A stretch of 5,503 nt of DNA, from contig CAYXSZ010000038.1 of the NCBI GenBank assembly GCA_964468425.1, forward strand, positions 1-5,503. The letters run 5' to 3'. The notes under the pieces were generated by a model that was not told the DNA's origin, made no database searches, and was given only the letters and a program-made list of their open reading frames with translations. The position numbers were made by a program, and so were the translations under genes. This document shows, piece after piece, positions 4,001-5,503 of this stretch. How positions within the stretch are numbered: position 1 is the stretch's first letter; the number at the start of each line of letters is the position of its first letter. This DNA comes from Candidatus Woesearchaeota archaeon (GTDB taxonomy: Archaea > Nanobdellota > Nanobdellia > Nanobdellales > Nanobdellaceae).

Positions 4001-5503
4001 AGGGCGCTCTCGCCATTGCGATCTACGTGATGTTTTTGCTATTCTTCCTAGCAGCTGTGAAAATAAAAGTAATTGACGTTGTGAACGAAAACCAAAAGTA
4101 CGAGAACAAGGTTTACCTGGTTGATTACGCGCTTTCAAGAATCGAAGAGCCTTATTATGTTATTACCCTTAGCGCGAGCATTCCAAAAGCTACTAGAAAT
4201 TATATGTGTAATTTATCAGATCCCGACCTCAAAAGGGATTTCTGCACAAAGTTTCCAATCTACTTTCCTTTGAATTTATCTTCTCTCGTGTCGAATAGCG
4301 GGGTCGTAAACGGAACTCCGGATTCTTACTATGATCCAAAGGATGGATTGTTTTTTTACGCAAACTTTTCAACCTTCACCAGTTGCAAGGAGGGAGACAA
4401 GGTAATTGTTCAAATATACAATCCTAACTCATATAGATTACAAGATTATCAGGTTTTCATATCCTCTCCAACAATAAAAGAGTGGTTATCGGCGGGAAAT
4501 CACTTATACATCGTCGACGAAAATGGAAGAACGCATAGCTTTTGCTATCATCACAGCAACTTCGTTTGCAACGCTACTCCGAAGGGTGCATATGGGATTT
4601 GGGTTAAATTAAGCATCAATCCATTTTCCTCCCTGAATTTAACAATTGAAAAAGTATCGAACTCAAATGAAGAGGAAGTTGACGGTTCAAGAATCTTTGA
4701 TTTTTATGACCATTTTACTTACGAGAATGTTAACGATCTTCTAAAAGTGTGGTCTGCGCAATCCTTATCCTGCCAGAGAATATCGGATACGGAGTGGAGA
4801 TGTAAAAGTATTGGTGTTATAAAGAGAAGGAGAAATTCGATATTATACACAAAATCATCCTACGTAAATAAAGATCAGGGTTATACCATTTATTTTAAGT
4901 TGAGAAACAATGCATATTATGATGAAGGATACGGATTAAACGATTACATTGGTGTGGGGGCCTTAAAAGGTAGCATTTTAACTATTTTAGCTAAGGCAAA
5001 GTTCTACGATAACAATTTTTTACTCTTTAATGTGAATGTCGATGAAAATAGCAAGATTCTCGTATACGACAAAGATTATAGGTTCCTTGACAACTACTTG
5101 AATTTTACGATAGATTATGTAATCGTTAAAAAACAAGCGGATTTGGAACCAGTTGTAACGATCGTCCAGGATGGGGAAGAATGCAAAAGAAACTATGAGG
5201 TTGTTGTTGGAAGGCATATCAAGTGGGTTCATCTAGGAAGCTTCCTTGTTTACGATGAAGATAATTTATTACTTAAATACAAAGGATTTTCGAATAGATT
5301 CCTAAGATTTTACTTATACCATTGTACGTGGTGGGGTTGTAACTATAACATTTTGAAAGATTCTTTAAGAAATTTCGATTACTTTTCCTCTCTTTTTTTC
5401 ATAAACAGAAAGAACTCTCCCAATAGCTATGACGGAACAATAAAGAGAAACAACGTATCCATTTACTACGAGGACAGAGACTCCTACACAGAGAGGTATA
5501 TGC
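3973..5503 (+). CDS. Large N-terminally membrane-anchored, Cys-rich, probably glycosylated surface protein (3' end outside the window; at least 510 aa)
   Basis: I checked this frame codon by codon and found no stop from ATG 3973 to the window end. TAG at 3961-3963 closes the frame just upstream, so 3973 is the first possible start. It is absent from the ORF track because it has no stop. The N-terminus is MARGVAKQVEG followed by the hydrophobic stretch ALAIAIYVMFLLFFLAAV. The rest is hydrophilic and beta-rich, with 10 Cys and 8 N-X-S/T sequons. It overlaps the ATPase gene by 28 nt. Confidence 0.8.
   Translation, partial: MARGVAKQVEGALAIAIYVMFLLFFLAAVKIKVIDVVNENQKYENKVYLVDYALSRIEEPYYVITLSASIPKATRNYMCNLSDPDLKRDFCTKFPIYFPLNLSSLVSNSGVVNGTPDSYYDPKDGLFFYANFSTFTSCKEGDKVIVQIYNPNSYRLQDYQVFISSPTIKEWLSAGNHLYIVDENGRTHSFCYHHSNFVCNATPKGAYGIWVKLSINPFSSLNLTIEKVSNSNEEEVDGSRIFDFYDHFTYENVNDLLKVWSAQSLSCQRISDTEWRCKSIGVIKRRRNSILYTKSSYVNKDQGYTIYFKLRNNAYYDEGYGLNDYIGVGALKGSILTILAKAKFYDNNFLLFNVNVDENSKILVYDKDYRFLDNYLNFTIDYVIVKKQADLEPVVTIVQDGEECKRNYEVVVGRHIKWVHLGSFLVYDEDNLLLKYKGFSNRFLRFYLYHCTWWGCNYNILKDSLRNFDYFSSLFFINRKNSPNSYDGTIKRNNVSIYYEDRDSYTERYM
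4006..4059 (+). other. Predicted single transmembrane anchor / uncleaved signal of the surface protein
   Basis: An 18-residue uninterrupted hydrophobic stretch (aa 12-29), preceded by R3/K7 and followed by K30/K32. No other comparably hydrophobic segment occurs in the remaining 480 aa visible. Confidence 0.7.

Noticed and set aside
3973-4062. Class III (type IV pilin/archaellin-like) signal peptide at the N-terminus of the large protein
   Set aside because: There is no convincing [K/R]-[G/A] cleavage motif directly before the hydrophobic stretch. RG is followed by VAKQVEG, which has a charged +3 position. The adjacent ATPase is HerA/FtsK-type, not the PilB/FlaI-type secretion ATPase, and the protein is far larger than a pilin.
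3956-4138. 60-aa minus-strand ORF from the track
   Set aside because: It is antisense to the ATPase/surface-protein junction, where both plus-strand frames are strongly supported. The peptide is Arg/Ser/Pro-rich, which is typical of antisense translation.
4548-4554. GTGATGA box-C-like heptamer on the minus strand
   Set aside because: It is antisense within the CDS. The next 12 nt are followed by TGCG rather than a D'/D box, and there is no C'/D pair downstream.
4919-4925. ATGATGA box-C-like heptamer on the plus strand
   Set aside because: It lies inside the long CDS (codons Y-D-E). No CUGA-like D' or D box follows at the 12-nt spacing; the sequence 12 nt on is AAAC.
5020-5232. 70-aa minus-strand ORF from the track
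   Set aside because: It lies inside, and antisense to, the uninterrupted 510-codon plus-strand ORF. It has no independent support.
1-5503. CRISPR arrays, IS/transposon ends, integrase att-like repeats at the tRNA, and DGR template/variable repeat pairs
   Set aside because: By eye I found no spaced direct repeats, terminal inverted repeats, duplication of the tRNA 3' end, or long near-identical repeat pair. No transposase, integrase or reverse-transcriptase motifs appear in any frame. A computational repeat search is still needed to exclude short or degenerate repeats.

Overview
This looks like a compact, AT-rich archaeal locus. The tRNA stems are almost entirely G-C in an AT-rich background, which suggests a thermophile. 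The fused primase and the C/D box sRNAs point to a Nanoarchaeota/DPANN-like lineage, but that cannot be proven without searches. Left to right the window holds: (1) the 3' end of a LamG/ConA-like surface protein gene (1-453, +), missing from the ORF track because it runs off the edge; (2) two head-to-tail C/D box sRNA units (487-584, +), antisense to the 3' tail of (3) a 197-aa hypothetical ORF (476-1069, -); (4) a single-polypeptide archaeo-eukaryotic primase fusing a PriS catalytic domain to a PriL-type Fe-S C-terminal domain (1098-2468, -); (5) tRNA-Gly(UCC) (2544-2615, +), whose TATA box is spaced so that transcription would start at the mature 5' end; (6) a HerA/FtsK-superfamily P-loop ATPase (2687-4000, +); (7) a long ORF (3973 to beyond 5503, +), also missing from the track, that overlaps the ATPase gene by 28 nt and encodes an N-terminally membrane-anchored, Cys- and sequon-rich protein. 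The best candidates for something new are the abutting double C/D sRNA and the ATPase plus giant surface protein pair. All family assignments come from motifs read by eye. No database search, HMM or folding was run.
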